Shown: positions 1 through 10,754 of the stretch, one piece after another
Numbering within the stretch: the stretch's first letter is position 1
Layout of the letters: each line of letters starts with the position of its first letter
Assembly (NCBI GenBank): GCA_002269645.1
Contig: NIVC01004236.1
Span: forward strand, 1-29,899
Reading direction: 5' to 3'
Source of the DNA: Macrostomum lignano
Lineage: Eukaryota
Length of the DNA: 29,899 nucleotides
Made by a program: the position numbers and the translations under genes
Notes under the pieces: generated by a model
Told to the model about the DNA's origin: nothing
Seen by the model: the letters and a program-made list of their open reading frames with translations, nothing else
Database searches by the model: none

Positions 1-170
1 ATGAGCGATTCTCTTATAACACCATGACCCTATGAGCGATTCCTTTATAACATCATGACCCTATGAGGGATTTCATTATAAAACCATGACACTATGAGCG
101 ATTTCCTAAAAACACGATGACCCTATGAGCGATTTCCTAAAAAACACGATGACCCTATGAGCGATTTCCT
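1..170. repeat. ~30-bp tandem repeat (CCATGACCCTATGAGCGATTTCCTATAA-like), intronic in BRCA2
   Basis: About 5-6 imperfect copies visible from base 1. Confidence 0.85.
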
Positions 171-189
171 AGCAACCAACCCCCCCCAC

Positions 190-585
190 CCGACAAAATC
201 GCACCCGATGCCCGCCGGAAGCAGCGGATCCCACATTCGCCCGAGCACCAGCAGGCCGCAGCCCTCGCGCAGCCAGGACTCGGCGCCCTCCTCCGGGTTC
301 CACACAGTCAGGGTGGCCACGGCGCCTTCGTCCAAGTCGGCGTCCTCGGTGCCGATGACCAGCAGGCGAACCAGCGGCGTCACCTGACGCTGCTGGACGA
401 GCGGCGGCAGCAGCTGCTCCGGAGCCGAGTCAGAACGTCTCGCTGACGCTCCGTCAGCCAGGCCTGCAGTTCGTCCGCGTTCAGGGCGGAGCGCAGGCGG
501 CCTGAAGCTCCTCGCCGGTGCTCAGCTGGGACACTTCATCAGGCTGGTAGAGACGGCCGCGCTGCTGCGGGGGCTTGGAGCCCAG
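190..585 (-). CDS. BRCA2: BRCA2 exon: end of tower/three-helix bundle and start of OB2 (needs 2-3 single-base frame corrections near 493, 420, 241)
   Basis: Acceptor TTTCAG at 588-586. Stitched translation LGSKPPQQRGRLYQPDEVSQLSTGEELQAA..ALNADELQAWLTERQRDVLTRLR..EQLLPPLVQQRQVTPLVRLLVIGTEDADLDEGAVATLTVWNPEEGAESWLREG resembles human RQQVRALQDGAELYEAV..YLEGYFSEEQLRAL..RDVTTVWKLRIV..ILSIWRPSSDLYSLLTEG (recalled). The 3' boundary (GT at 189-188) is uncertain. Confidence 0.8.
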
Positions 586-605
586 CTGAAATTGGGATGC
601 GGTGT

Positions 606-1041
606 TGGGATCTGGGAGGCTGGCGGCCCAGCAACTGAGGATCTGGGAGTCTGGCCCAGCAACTGGGGATCTGGGAGTCTGGCCAAGCAACTGGGGATCT
701 GGGAGGCTGGCGCCCAGCAACTGGGGATCTGTGAGTCTGGCCCAGCAACTGGGGATCTGGGAGTCTGGCCCAGCAACTGGGGATCTGGGAGTCTGGCCCA
801 GCAACTGGGGATCTGGGAGTCTGGTCCAGCAAATGAGGATCTGGGAGGCTGGCGGCCCAGCAACTGAGGATCTGGGAGGCTGGTCCAGCAACTGGGGATC
901 TGGGAGGCTGGCGGCCCAGCAACTGGGGATCTGGGAGTCTGGCCCAGCAACTGGGGATCTGGGAGTCTGGCCCAGCAACTGGGGATCTGGGAGTCTGGTC
1001 CAGCAACTGGGGATCTGGGAGGCTAGCGGCCCAGCAACTGG
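606..1041. repeat. GC-rich minisatellite GGGATCTGGGAG(T/G)CTGG(CGG)CCCAGCAACT, 27-30 bp units, filling a BRCA2 intron
   Basis: About 15 imperfect copies; same family as 22340-22632, 24389-25885 and 27800-28625. Confidence 0.95.
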
Positions 1042-1055
1042 AAGCAGCCACCAAC

Positions 1056-1513
1056 CTGGTCCTCCACAGCTTCCTCCATTCGCCGGCGGGCCTCAGCCTC
1101 GAACTCCCTGGCCCGTCGGTCCTCGGCTCGAGCCCCGCGGAACACCCTGGCGTCGCTGCCAGGGCTGCGCTCCATGAACTGCCGGGGTACCGCCGGCTGA
1201 CGAACAGGTGCAGAGCGCCAGCCTTGCCGCCGTCGGGCCGCAGTGAGCTGAGCGACACCGGCATCGGCGAGGCGTCGGCGAAGCCCAGCCGGACTCTTCG
1301 GTTGGCAACGCAGCGTCGGGTGCTGTTGCCATGGAGACGGAGAGCGGCGCTGGCCGGCGCTTCCAGCGGCTGGCAGGCCTCAGAGCAGCCAATCAGTTCA
1401 GCCTGGCAGGTGAGCAGCCGGGTGCCCGGTTTGATGAGGCCGGCGGAGGCTGCGCGGCACAGCAGGGGATCCAGCTGTGCGCCGATGCAGTACCAGCCGT
1501 CCGTGAGGGTCAC
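1056..1513 (-). CDS. BRCA2: BRCA2 exon: OB1 fold and start of tower (one -1 shift at G4 1184-1187)
   Basis: VTLTDGWYCIGAQLDPLL...AELIGCSEACQPLEAPASAALRLHGNSTRR...LGF..PMPVSLSSLRPDGGKAG..VSRRYP then, after the shift, RQFMERSPGSDARVFRGARAEDRRARE. This matches BRCA2 ELTDGWY..AQLD, LKISANSTRPA, PFPLPLSSLFSDGGNVG, RAYPIQWMEK..IFRNEREE. AG acceptor at 1515-1514, GT donor at 1055-1054. Confidence 0.95.
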
Positions 1514-1639
1514 CTAAATCGGGAAACTAATTAATGCGTCAAATGATCACACGCTGCTTATAAACTACTGACCAACAGTAGCAAGTGGTAAATAGTATAG
1601 GCAGAGAAAAATGCTGGCGAGACAATTGTCAGACGGCCA

Positions 1640-2265
1640 GACACAGACAGGTAGAGGGGAGACACAGACAGGTAGAGGGGAGACACAGACAGGTAGAGGG
1701 GAGACACAGACAGGTAGAGGGGAGACACAGACAGGTAGAGGGGAGACACAGACAGGTAAAGGGGAGACACAGACAGGTAGAGGGGAGACACAGACAGGTA
1801 GAGTGGCGACACAGACAGGTAGAGTGAAGACAGACAGGTAGAGGGGAGACACAGACAGGTAGAGGGGAGACACAGACAGGTAGAGGGGAGACACAGACAG
1901 GTAGAGGGGAGACAAAGACAGGTAGAGGGGAGACACAGACAGGTAAAGGGGAGACACAGACAGGTAGAGGGGAGACACAGACAGGTAGAGTGGCGACACA
2001 GACAGGTAGAGTGAAGACAGACAGGTAGAGGGGAGACACAGGCAGGTAGAGGGGAGACACAGACAGGTAGAGGGGAGACACAGACAGGTAGAGTGGCGAC
2101 ACAGACAGGTAGAGGGGAGACACAGACAGGTAGAGGGAAGACAGACAGGTAGAGGGAAGACACAGACAGCTAGAGGGAAGACACAGACAGGTAGAGGGGA
2201 GACACAGACAGGTAGAGTGGCGACACAGACAGGTAGAGGGGAGACATAAACAGGTAGAGGGGAGG
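1640..2265. repeat. 21-bp minisatellite GACACAGACAGGTAGAGGGGA in BRCA2 intron
   Basis: About 29 near-identical copies; source of the spurious ORFs at 1558-2350. Confidence 0.97.
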
Positions 2266-2357
2266 GGAGGATACACACAGTCTGACAGGGCAATGGCAGC
2301 AAGGATTGAATAGAAGCCGGGAGTTTCCTAATAAAATGCAAAGCCAGCAAAGTGAAC

Positions 2358-2502
2358 CTTGAGCTGCTGCTGCTGCTGTTGCGCTGGCTGCTTTCCAGTT
2401 TCTGTTCTGTCCGAGTTGCTGCTCCATTGCAGGCTGACCACCTGCAGTGCTAGACGCGAGCTGGGCGGAGAGTCGCGCTCGAGAATTCGACGAATGCAGG
2501 GT
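2358..2502 (-). CDS. BRCA2: BRCA2 exon linking helical domain to OB1 (absent from ORF track in this frame)
   Basis: (R)PCIRRILERDSPPSSRLALQVVSLQWSSNSDRTETGKQPAQQQQQQLK resembles human [22 protein letters not shown]. 145 nt with phase-2 start and phase-0 end, fitting both neighbouring exons exactly. Confidence 0.9.
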
Positions 2503-2674
2503 CTGGTTGATGGAGGAATAAGCAGTAATATCTTGGTTCATTTTGTTGAGCCGAAATCGAATTTTTATCTTGTTCGAGCAAGACTCTGCTAATTTGTCCC
2601 TAAGTACGAATTGTGCGCTAATAAAATTTTCAGCTTTCAGACAATTATAAAGCACAATAATAAAACTATAATTG

Positions 2675-2965
2675 ATTACACCTGCCCTAAATGGGCAGAT
2701 GTGCAACCAACAGCTCAGCCTCAGATATTGCGCGGCGCATCTGAAGGCTGCGTACGGCTGTTCAGTCCAAGGACCTGGGGGGGGGGTCGCCACACACAGC
2801 CTCAATTACCCCAGCTAATGCTGGCACCCATTTTACAGCTGGGTGAACTGAAGAAACGCAGAGTTTAGTGTCTTGCTAAAGGACACAAATCGTTCCGGTG
2901 AGATCAGGAATCGAACCCCCGACCTTCAAGTCGTGAGTCCGACGCTCCAACCACTGGCTACAGAG
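2675..2965 (-). mobile_element. tRNA-derived CORE-type SINE, copy 1
   Basis: Minus strand: tRNA-like head (GTAGCCAGTGGTTGG...GGTTCGATTCC) then TGTGTCCTTTAGCAAGACACT...CAGTTCACCCAGCTGTAAAATGGGTG, similar to the MIR/CORE motif. Three further copies in the window. Confidence 0.85.
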
Positions 2966-3720
2966 TGCAAGTAATATACAATAAATATATGCCACAGGAG
3001 ACAAAGTGCAACAGAGGTCAGTACATTGTACGTAGAAGTGTGTACGCGAGAGTGTGTTGCATCACCTTGGCAACAAAACTGAGTCTGTAAGATAGAATAG
3101 ACCCCCTCGTACACACGCAGGAGCATTTTTATTGTTCTACCATTTTGCGTCTTATAAGACAAACTCCTCAGCGCAAAATGGTAGCAGAAGAAACACAGTA
3201 GACAGCCACATCTTTGCACACGCAGTAAATCTCTGCAGAGTAGAATGAAAATATTTGAGAACAGATGCATTCAAAGTACGCAACGCGCACCGCCTTTTAA
3301 CAGCTTTCATGTCTCCAGCGCACAGAGCACAGAGCTATTCGAGTCTAACGGGGGTGTCGAGGGGCATAAGAGACGGACTAACAATAGAGCTCAGAGCTTT
3401 CCAGAGCTACTCAACAAGGAGGGCTGGGCTGCAAGTGCGCTTGAGCAGAAGAGCAAGAGAAAGAGATAAAATTCTTAAATCTTCATGCTTTTTCACCTGC
3501 TAACAAAGATAGAAGTTTAGAGTAAAGACTAAAGCCCAATATCTGAGTAGTTGAAATCTGAGCTTAACAGAAGCTGACAGAAAACCTGCAGCTCACAGCT
3601 GAGGATGCCAGAAGTTCGTCGAATGACCTTGGCCGCTCGGCCGAAAAATCAAGTGGTTGTGAGTTACTAACTGTCTAACTGTTGGATACTTTACTAAAAT
3701 GTGCATTTTAACATTGGTTA

Positions 3721-4855
3721 ATGACATCCAAAATTTCAGTTCGGCGTGGTAGACAACACGCCCAAGCTGCAGTTGGACATGACCGACGAGAGGAGCGTAG
3801 AGAACCTATCCAGGTGTGCCACTTTCTCATGCGAGAGGGCAAGGCGTGCTTGAGAAGCCTATTCGATTCCAAGCATCCAACGGACGAGCTAACGGAACAC
3901 TTGGCCTCGCCGGACATTCACCGGACGCTGAGGCGACTTAAGATCAAAGACATGCTAACCGAAGACGACTGGCAGACGCTCTACCCGAAGGAGAAATCTT
4001 CCGTGTCCGCTGACAACTACGACCTGCGTCTGCTGCTCCTGTTAGTAAAATACACCTGCGATGTGACGAAGCCGCAGCCAAACGGCTGGATGGGAGATCC
4101 GGAACCTCGCGATGACAGCCAGGGCGCAGCGCTGCAACGCCTACTGGGCATTCAACGCGAGCTCGCCTCGCTGCAGACCTTAAAGGCGAGCGCAGCTAAC
4201 AGACTGTTTAGCCGCATTGCCGAGCAGCTCCAGCGACTGGGACACTCGGGTGCAGCAGACTGTATGAACGCATACAAGCAGGACACTAGCATGGACGAGA
4301 CTGAATCGCGCTTCATTCTGGGCGAATTCCTCGTCTGGTACCGCCAAGAGGTCAGCCAGTTGAAGAGAGAAATCGAAAACCAAGAACGAAAGAAGAAGCG
4401 CGAAGAGATTCCTATTCTGCAGAAACGGCTCAAGACGCGCGATTTGGACACGTCGGAAACGAAAAAACGCCAGTCGGTTGTTGGAAAGGCGACGATGGAC
4501 ATGAGCGACAAGTCGCGCTGTCAGAGATGGGCTCATATCAAAACTGGCATGGTATTAGCGGAGCGCCTCATTCTCGACAAGTACTACGAACAGCTGCTCA
4601 ACGATGTAAAAGCGGACACAGTGGTTGAGCATCTGATGAACAAGGAGATTATTACCCAAGACGAGAGCACGGAAATATTTTCTACTCTGCGCAACAACGA
4701 GCAGATGTCGACGTTGATCGACTTTCTAGTGCCAAAATCTGGCAATGTGTTGGATGAGTTCGTTGAATCGCTGAAACCCAAGAACGAACAGGTGTACCAG
4801 CAGATGCACCAGGACTACCAGGCCGCTAAGGCCGACATCCTTGCTAATAAACCAC
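3721..4855 (+). CDS. NLR-like gene exon 1: DZIP3/hRUL138-type HEPN-like domain (~3808-4245), coiled coil, CARD-like death fold (~4552-4809)
   Basis: CLRSLFD..DWQTLYP..DNYDLRLLLLLVKYTC..PNGW..P..DDSQGAALQRL fits the invertebrate DZIP3-like HEPN pattern. LILDKYYEQLLNDVKADTVVEHLMNKEIITQDESTEIFS..QMSTLIDFLVPKSGNVLDEFVESL fits the CARD pattern. In-frame TAA just upstream of the ATG; donor C/GTAAG at 4856. Confidence 0.85.
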
Positions 4856-4932
4856 GTAAGTATTTATAATAATTAGTAAATCCTCTTCTAAGAGTTGATC
4901 ACAGGATTTTTCTGTTTCTTCTGTTTCTTCAG

Positions 4933-5074
4933 AGGGTCTGCCTTACTGTAACAACATTCTTCGAGAGCGGTACTCCACCGCGTACGCCAAATGGAATCCG
5001 ATTCCATGGTACACTAAAGTTGAAACAGACATTGCCGAATTCTACTGCCAACAGCAGCTGCTCAATTTGAATGG
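4933..5074 (+). CDS. NLR-like gene exon 2 (pre-NACHT segment)
   Basis: TTCTTCAG acceptor, GG/GTAAGT donor, phases 1 to 2 consistent with neighbours. QGLPYCNNILRERYSTAYAKWNPIPWYTKVETDIAEFYCQQQLL shows the LxxxY..P(I/L)PW pattern common before invertebrate NACHT domains. Confidence 0.85.
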
Positions 5075-5151
5075 GTAAGTAGCAGGAAAACAGATCAGAT
5101 CATTAAGCCAGACATAATTTTCAACTTTGATTTCTCAATTTAAAATTGCAG

Positions 5152-7690
5152 AAAGTCAGTCAACGCCTTCCAAGTTTTTGATTATAAGGAAGGCGAAAAA
5201 GACCCGCATACAGTAGTCATTGAGGGTGACCCCGGAACAGGGAAGAGTACGCTGGCTAAGTATATGGCCTACAAATGGTCTTTGGACGAAAACGTATTCG
5301 GACGGCCTTTCCAACTGCTAATCTTGCTTGATCTTAAAGTGACAGCGCCCACAGTGAAAGTGATGATGATGGAACAGCTTTTCGGAGGCGACTGCAAGCT
5401 GGCCGAACGCGAAATTTGGGAGGTGATGAACATGCACCAGGCGAGCACACTGCTCATCATAGATGGCTACGAAGACAATCTAAATGATGAGATGAAGAGT
5501 TTGCTATTTGAGAACATCATGCCGGAACTGCACATTCTGGTATTTAGTCAGACTAACTTTACAGTCAGACTGATGCACCGCTACCAGCGAAAGGTAATTC
5601 TGACCGGATTCGCCAAATCCCAGGCAGAGGAGTACGTTCAGAAGTACGTCAAACTAGCTAAGAAGCCGTGGGAACACTTTTCCTCGTTTCTAAACAAGCT
5701 AGTAGTGGCAAAAAAATCAACTGAGCTTCAAAAGCTGCTGGATGCAGCGAAAAAGTCGCAGGAGCCGCAGAGGCGACGCGGGTCGTCAGAATCGGCGACA
5801 TCTGTGACCTCGGCAAAGCCCAGAGACGAGCGACCTTTGGAGAGGGAAAACACGGACAAAGTCAGCACAAAACTAAGCCGCAGCTCTAGCAAGGGTCAAG
5901 GAAACGATCAGCAGCAACAACAGGATTCAAACGGTGAAAATTCAAATCAAAGCAAAATAGCGTCCCTGCGACATTACTCACAGGTGCCTTTGTACTGTTC
6001 GTTCTTCTGCCTGCTGACCGACATGCGCATGAGTATCGATCTGAACTCTCCGACAACAATTGTGGAACAGTTTGTCTCCTGCATCAAGTTGAAGCTGATC
6101 GAACGCGAAAAGGAGAGTCGCTTCGAAGCGAATCGCGCCTACGCAATGCTGTCCGAACGCGCTATGGACACCATAAAGAAAGGCAGCGCAACTTTCATTT
6201 TGGCCAAGGAGGACCACATGATGACTAAGTTCGGCCTGATTCAACTGGCTACAAACCTCACCGCAGAGGATAACCAGCGCTACATGTTTGGCAATCGTCT
6301 TATTCAAGAGTATCTCGCCGCGAAAAATCTAGACACTAGTGGAACAGATGAAGCTAGCCGCTTCTTCCAGAACATGAGTATGACTCCGATCTCCTACAAT
6401 GTTGTTGTGTTCTACTGCAGCATCCGCAAGTCGGACAACGACACGCCGGCCACCCGGGAACTGTTTGCAAAGATACTGCAGTATAACAAACGGCGAGGCA
6501 AAGCGAGTCGCATGAAAATGCCAGCGGCTACGTCGCCAGAAGACAGTCAACTGGTCGAGGGCAAGATCATGGACTACCAGCTCAGTCTGGAATGCGTGGC
6601 GGTCATGGACATGGCCCGCAGAGATCTTGGCAAGAAAATTGTTGAATCGCTGCCAGAGCGATTCACCGTGAAGCACGAGGGCATCATTCCGAGATTGTCG
6701 CTTACAGGCCTGTCCAAGATGATCAAGTTTAACCACACGACCATCCAAGAGGTGGACTTGCGCCTAGATCTGCTAGCCAAAGAGACGCTTGAGGCATACA
6801 AAAGTCTGGCTACCGCAATGAAAACGAACGTTCACATCAAGACGCTCCGCATCTACTGGACAGAGAAGGATCTAATGGCAGACTTCCTTCAAACCGTGTG
6901 CTGTCCGGAGCCAGAGGACCCCGCCAATTCTACAGGCCAGATGGAAATCAGGCGTAAGAAGCCCGATCAGACCGGCTTTCATCTGAAGAATCTTGAGTGC
7001 ATCGACGAGTCAGGAAAGAAGCTGGACCAGTTGTCGCCAAAAATGCTAAACAACATGCGCGAAGCCTGCTCGAACATGACTAAACTAGAAACGTTCGCAT
7101 TTCAAAATTGTCACCACATGTCGCTGGTTGGAAGCATAATAAAAAATTTGCCAACTAAATTTGCGGACAACCTGCGCATTCTAGACTTTTCTGGCTGCCA
7201 GATGAGCATAGTGGCATCGCAGGATCTCAACGGAAAGCTGATGGAGAGCAAGAGTCTAGAAGGCCTGATCTTGGCTAACCTCAAGATTGATGCGATGGCC
7301 TTTAACACTTTCATCGCCGCATTCTCTAGCAATCGGACCATTGTCCTGCTGGATTTGAGCGGAATCCGCCTGGACAATGTCTGCTTCTTCTCTCTATCCG
7401 AAGCGCTGAAAATTAATAACAAGCTTGAGAAGCTATTCTTACGCCAGGTGCCAATGGACACGAGAGCTTGCAAAGAGGTGGCTAGAATTCTAAAGATTAA
7501 TAAGATGCTGAAACTTCTCACGGTCACGCAGGAGGTCGTCAGCGAGGAGGGTCGCCGGGTTCTGGGCGAGGAGAGCCAGACGGAGACGCGCAAGAATCGG
7601 GCGGTCGTGGACGGCATCGGGGTGGAGTATCGGCAGAGACCGACGAACGAGAGGGCCAATACTAAGAGAAACCCGCTGTCAGTCAAGTGA
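5152..7690 (+). CDS. NLR-like gene exon 3: NACHT NTPase, winged helix and LRR region; full spliced protein 1271 aa
   Basis: Walker A VVIEGDPGTGKSTLAKYMAYKW (5225-5251), Walker B LLIIDGYED, ILTGF, P-motif YSQVPLYCSFFC, WHD FGNRLIQEYLAA, LRRs LRILDFSGCQM / LEGLILANLKI / IVLLDLSGIRL / LEKLFLRQVPM. Exon lengths 1135+142+2539=3816 nt, uninterrupted. Confidence 0.93.
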
Positions 7691-9149
7691 GGAAACCATG
7701 GCCGATGATGAAGACGCATCCTAACTATTATTATCAAATAACAGTGAATTTCAATAACTTTTTAAAAGTTGTGAATAGTTTTTGTTTAGCACTGCCCTCC
7801 TTCGTTAATACGGCCCACAAGAACTTTGTAACTGTTTGCACAGAACGAGAAATCCTAGAATTTAAGCGATATCTTACTGAGACAAAGATGATTTTTTCTA
7901 AAGTAAAAACTGTACGTAAAACATACAGTATTGTTTTAAGTTTATTTATTCTCTATAATAACATTAAGCTAAATGATACAATATAATTTTCAATTTTTTA
8001 ACAGACAGCTTTGTAACAGACTAACAGGAAAAGTTCTTGTCAATTTTTCTAGAAAAAATATAAACAAGTGAATAATAGTTTTTACACTTGGTTGGTTTTA
8101 AATGAAAATTTAAGACAGTGGGTACTTTAAACAAGATGATGATGAAGCGGCCCCAGTCGCTAAACACAGAATCCCAGCTCCAGTTCCATATAAGACCGAT
8201 CGTCCTTCTCTCTTGCCGTAGAGGGAGAAGATTAATTTGCCTGTCGATAAGAAGCCGAGCGACGAAGTTTGGGGTTGCTATGGGGGAGGGGGGTTAATGA
8301 ATCGAATGGAGGCAAAGTGTCAGACAGTAGTGAGATAGATAGGACCCATTCAATCGCGGCATCGATAGCGCTCACACTTATACTATAAGAACTATATAGA
8401 TTCTATATTCGAAAGTCTTGAGCGCATTGGCAGTTTGATTAAAATGCCCATAGCTATAGAGGTTGAAGCCACCAAACTCGCGCTGTCCCATCTTATCGTT
8501 GGGAGGGGGAGCCATAAATGGGAAAGAAAGAGAGAGAGAGACCAACAGGAGCTAGATCGGATAGAGAGAGAGCGAGTGAGCAATTATAAGAAACTGGGGA
8601 ATGTGAAGTTCCGAATGAGAATAAGGCGGAAATGAATAGGCCAGAGGCAAATGGTGAGGGGTGATATATAGGGATTCTGAGCAGTATAGACTCAAATAGA
8701 ATAGGAATGATAGAGATAGAAGAAAGTAAAATGCGGAGGCACCAAATTCCAGAGCTTCGACCGGTTCGAAGAGTTGATTGGTTGCAAAGAGGCACTGATT
8801 TATATACGAGCGTGTATATAATAATACATAGAAGGGAGAAGACTGCAGGGGCTTGGGATTGAATTTTGTTCGGTTTGCTTTTCAATGGGAGATAATGACA
8901 GTGCATAAGAATGAGGAGGTGGTTGGGAGAGGGCAAGGAGACTCAGAACTTGGACTGACAACTCTTATTCAAGCCTTACATTTTTGGACAACTATAAAAC
9001 TTGATTGTAGCTTAGTGTCTTTTAACTTCTCTTTTATTACTAGGTCGCATTTATATTGCTCAGAATGCAGTTAATTGTGTTTAAGGAACTAGCAATCTGC
9101 GCTCCTTCTGTTGGTGACGCAACAAAGAAAGGAATAACAGTTTTGAGTA

Positions 9150-9445
9150 AACTATATGTAAGTAACTACATGTAAGTTTTTTATGTGCAACCGACAGCTC
9201 AGCCGCAGCTATTTCGCGGCGCATTTGAAGGTTGCGTACGGCTGTTCAGTCCAAGGACTGGGGGTCGCCACACACACAGCCTCAATTACCCCAGCTAATG
9301 CTGGCACCATTTTACAGCTGGGTGAACTGAAGCAATGCAGAGTTAAGTGTCTTGTTTAAGGACAAATTGTTTCAGTGGGATCGGAAATCGAACCCCTGAC
9401 CTTCAAATTGTGAGTCCGACGCTCTAACCACTAGGCTACAACAGC
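9150..9445 (-). mobile_element. tRNA-derived CORE-type SINE, copy 2 (most complete)
   Basis: A box TAGCCTAGTGG (~9438-9428), B box GGTTCGATTTCC (~9394-9383), CORE-like body, short ACTTACAT/GTAGTT repeat tail near 9150-9180. Confidence 0.87.
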
Positions 9446-9769
9446 CGTAGTACAGTCAAGTCAGTATTGCTAATCTCTTCAGGAAAATGATGTTTAAAGG
9501 AAAGCAGCATCAGTCTTGAGAAACAGCTATCTAGCTGAAGATATGAGATTCCCTATGAGTTTTTTTGGCTCAAAACATCTGAGTAACCACCAAGAGCCAC
9601 AGAATTTCAGCAATTCCCCCCAATGAGCCTTGACATCTCAGCATTTCCCACACGAACCTTGGCATGTCCCAATTACCACACTGTCATTTTAAAATGTTTT
9701 CTCTGTGTTTTTGGCATGATTTTCTACACACTTTAGTTCCTTATCTGAACCTTTCTGAATTTAGGGCCA

Positions 9770-9945
9770 CACTTTAGGGCAATGAGAATCACACTTTAGG
9801 GCAATGGGAATACACCAATCACAGAATTTCAAGTGAGAATCACACTTTATAATCACACTTTAGGGCAATGAGAATCACACTTTAGGGCAATGAGAATCAC
9901 ACTTTAGGGCAATGAGAATCATACTTTAGGGCAATGAGAATTACT
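9770..9945. repeat. Short array of 22-bp ATCACACTTTAGGGCAATGAGA, reverse complement of the 14905-18077 satellite
   Basis: About 6 copies, partly interrupted. Confidence 0.92.
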
Positions 9946-10332
9946 TTATACTTAAAAGTTCAAACAAAATGACTCGAAACAGTCAGAAACTCGCAGACTG
10001 GGATAGAGGAAGGTTCTTGTTTTTTGCGTTTTTATTTGTTTACTCAATCCTAGCACGCCAAGTTCTAGCTGTGGGCCTCCTTGACACGAGGAGAAAGGGG
10101 AAGAAAAGGAAAAAAGGAAGGACGAGGTGCGTCAGTCGAAGGTACACACAGTCGAGCACGGGCGAATAAAATCGAAAGCTGGTGTGATAGGCCTTGAGAC
10201 GCAGCCAACAAATGGCCTTTAATATTTTAGCATTGCGGCAGGAAAATCCGCTGTAATCTGACACCGGCAATACAGTTTACAAACGAGAGCTGGCCAGCCC
10301 ACTAAACCAGCTGTCGGATTTCCTCCGCAAAG

Positions 10333-10716
10333 ATGAGCGACAATGAGGAACGAATCTGCCTCGTACCAAAAGACGACGACGAATGGAAGCAGCAAAAGCC
10401 GACGGTGACACAAGGAGACACGATCGATGCTACCATAGTAGAGGAGGCTTCAACTTCTTCATCGACGGCTGCAGTCACTACGGCACTGTCAGCAACAGCA
10501 TCGGCACCATCGGCAGCCTCAAACAGCAGCAGCAGCAACAACAAGCGAAGGAGAAAGCTAAGAAGAGCCGGTACAGTTATTGGTGGAAGCAAGAGATTTT
10601 CGAGCCATGGTGGCGGCGGGAGCGGCAGCGGCGGAGTGGCTGGAGGCAGACGGGTGCTGGCTAAGAAGGCCAGTCTGGTTGCTATCGCATCGTCCAAGAG
10701 GCACACAAGTAAAAAA
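10333..10716 (+). CDS. Atypical G-alpha gene, predicted exon 1 (128-aa low-complexity/basic N-terminal extension)
   Basis: ORF from ATG 10333 ends at strong donor AAA/GTGAGT (10717) in phase 0, matching the phase-0 acceptor at 11867. The linkage is inferred from phase only. Confidence 0.6.
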
Positions 10717-10754
10717 GTGAGTAGATCGGAGGCCACAAGATGTTGCATCAAGCA

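Noticed and set aside
481-1177. Long ORFs with LLGQTPRSPVAGPDSQIPSCW or QQLGIWESGP repeats (also 22125-22603 and 27751-28738)
   Set aside because: Translations of the GGATCTG...CAGCAACT minisatellite, open in several frames on both strands and outside the exon chains.
1558-2350. ORFs with SPLYLSV, PLPVCVS, RHRQVEG heptads
   Set aside because: Produced by a stop-free 21-bp intronic repeat.
8140-9060. Possible degenerate non-LTR retroelement fragment (minus strand, ending in a CATCATCATC tail)
   Set aside because: No recognisable reverse-transcriptase or endonuclease motif in any frame; needs a Repbase/Dfam search.
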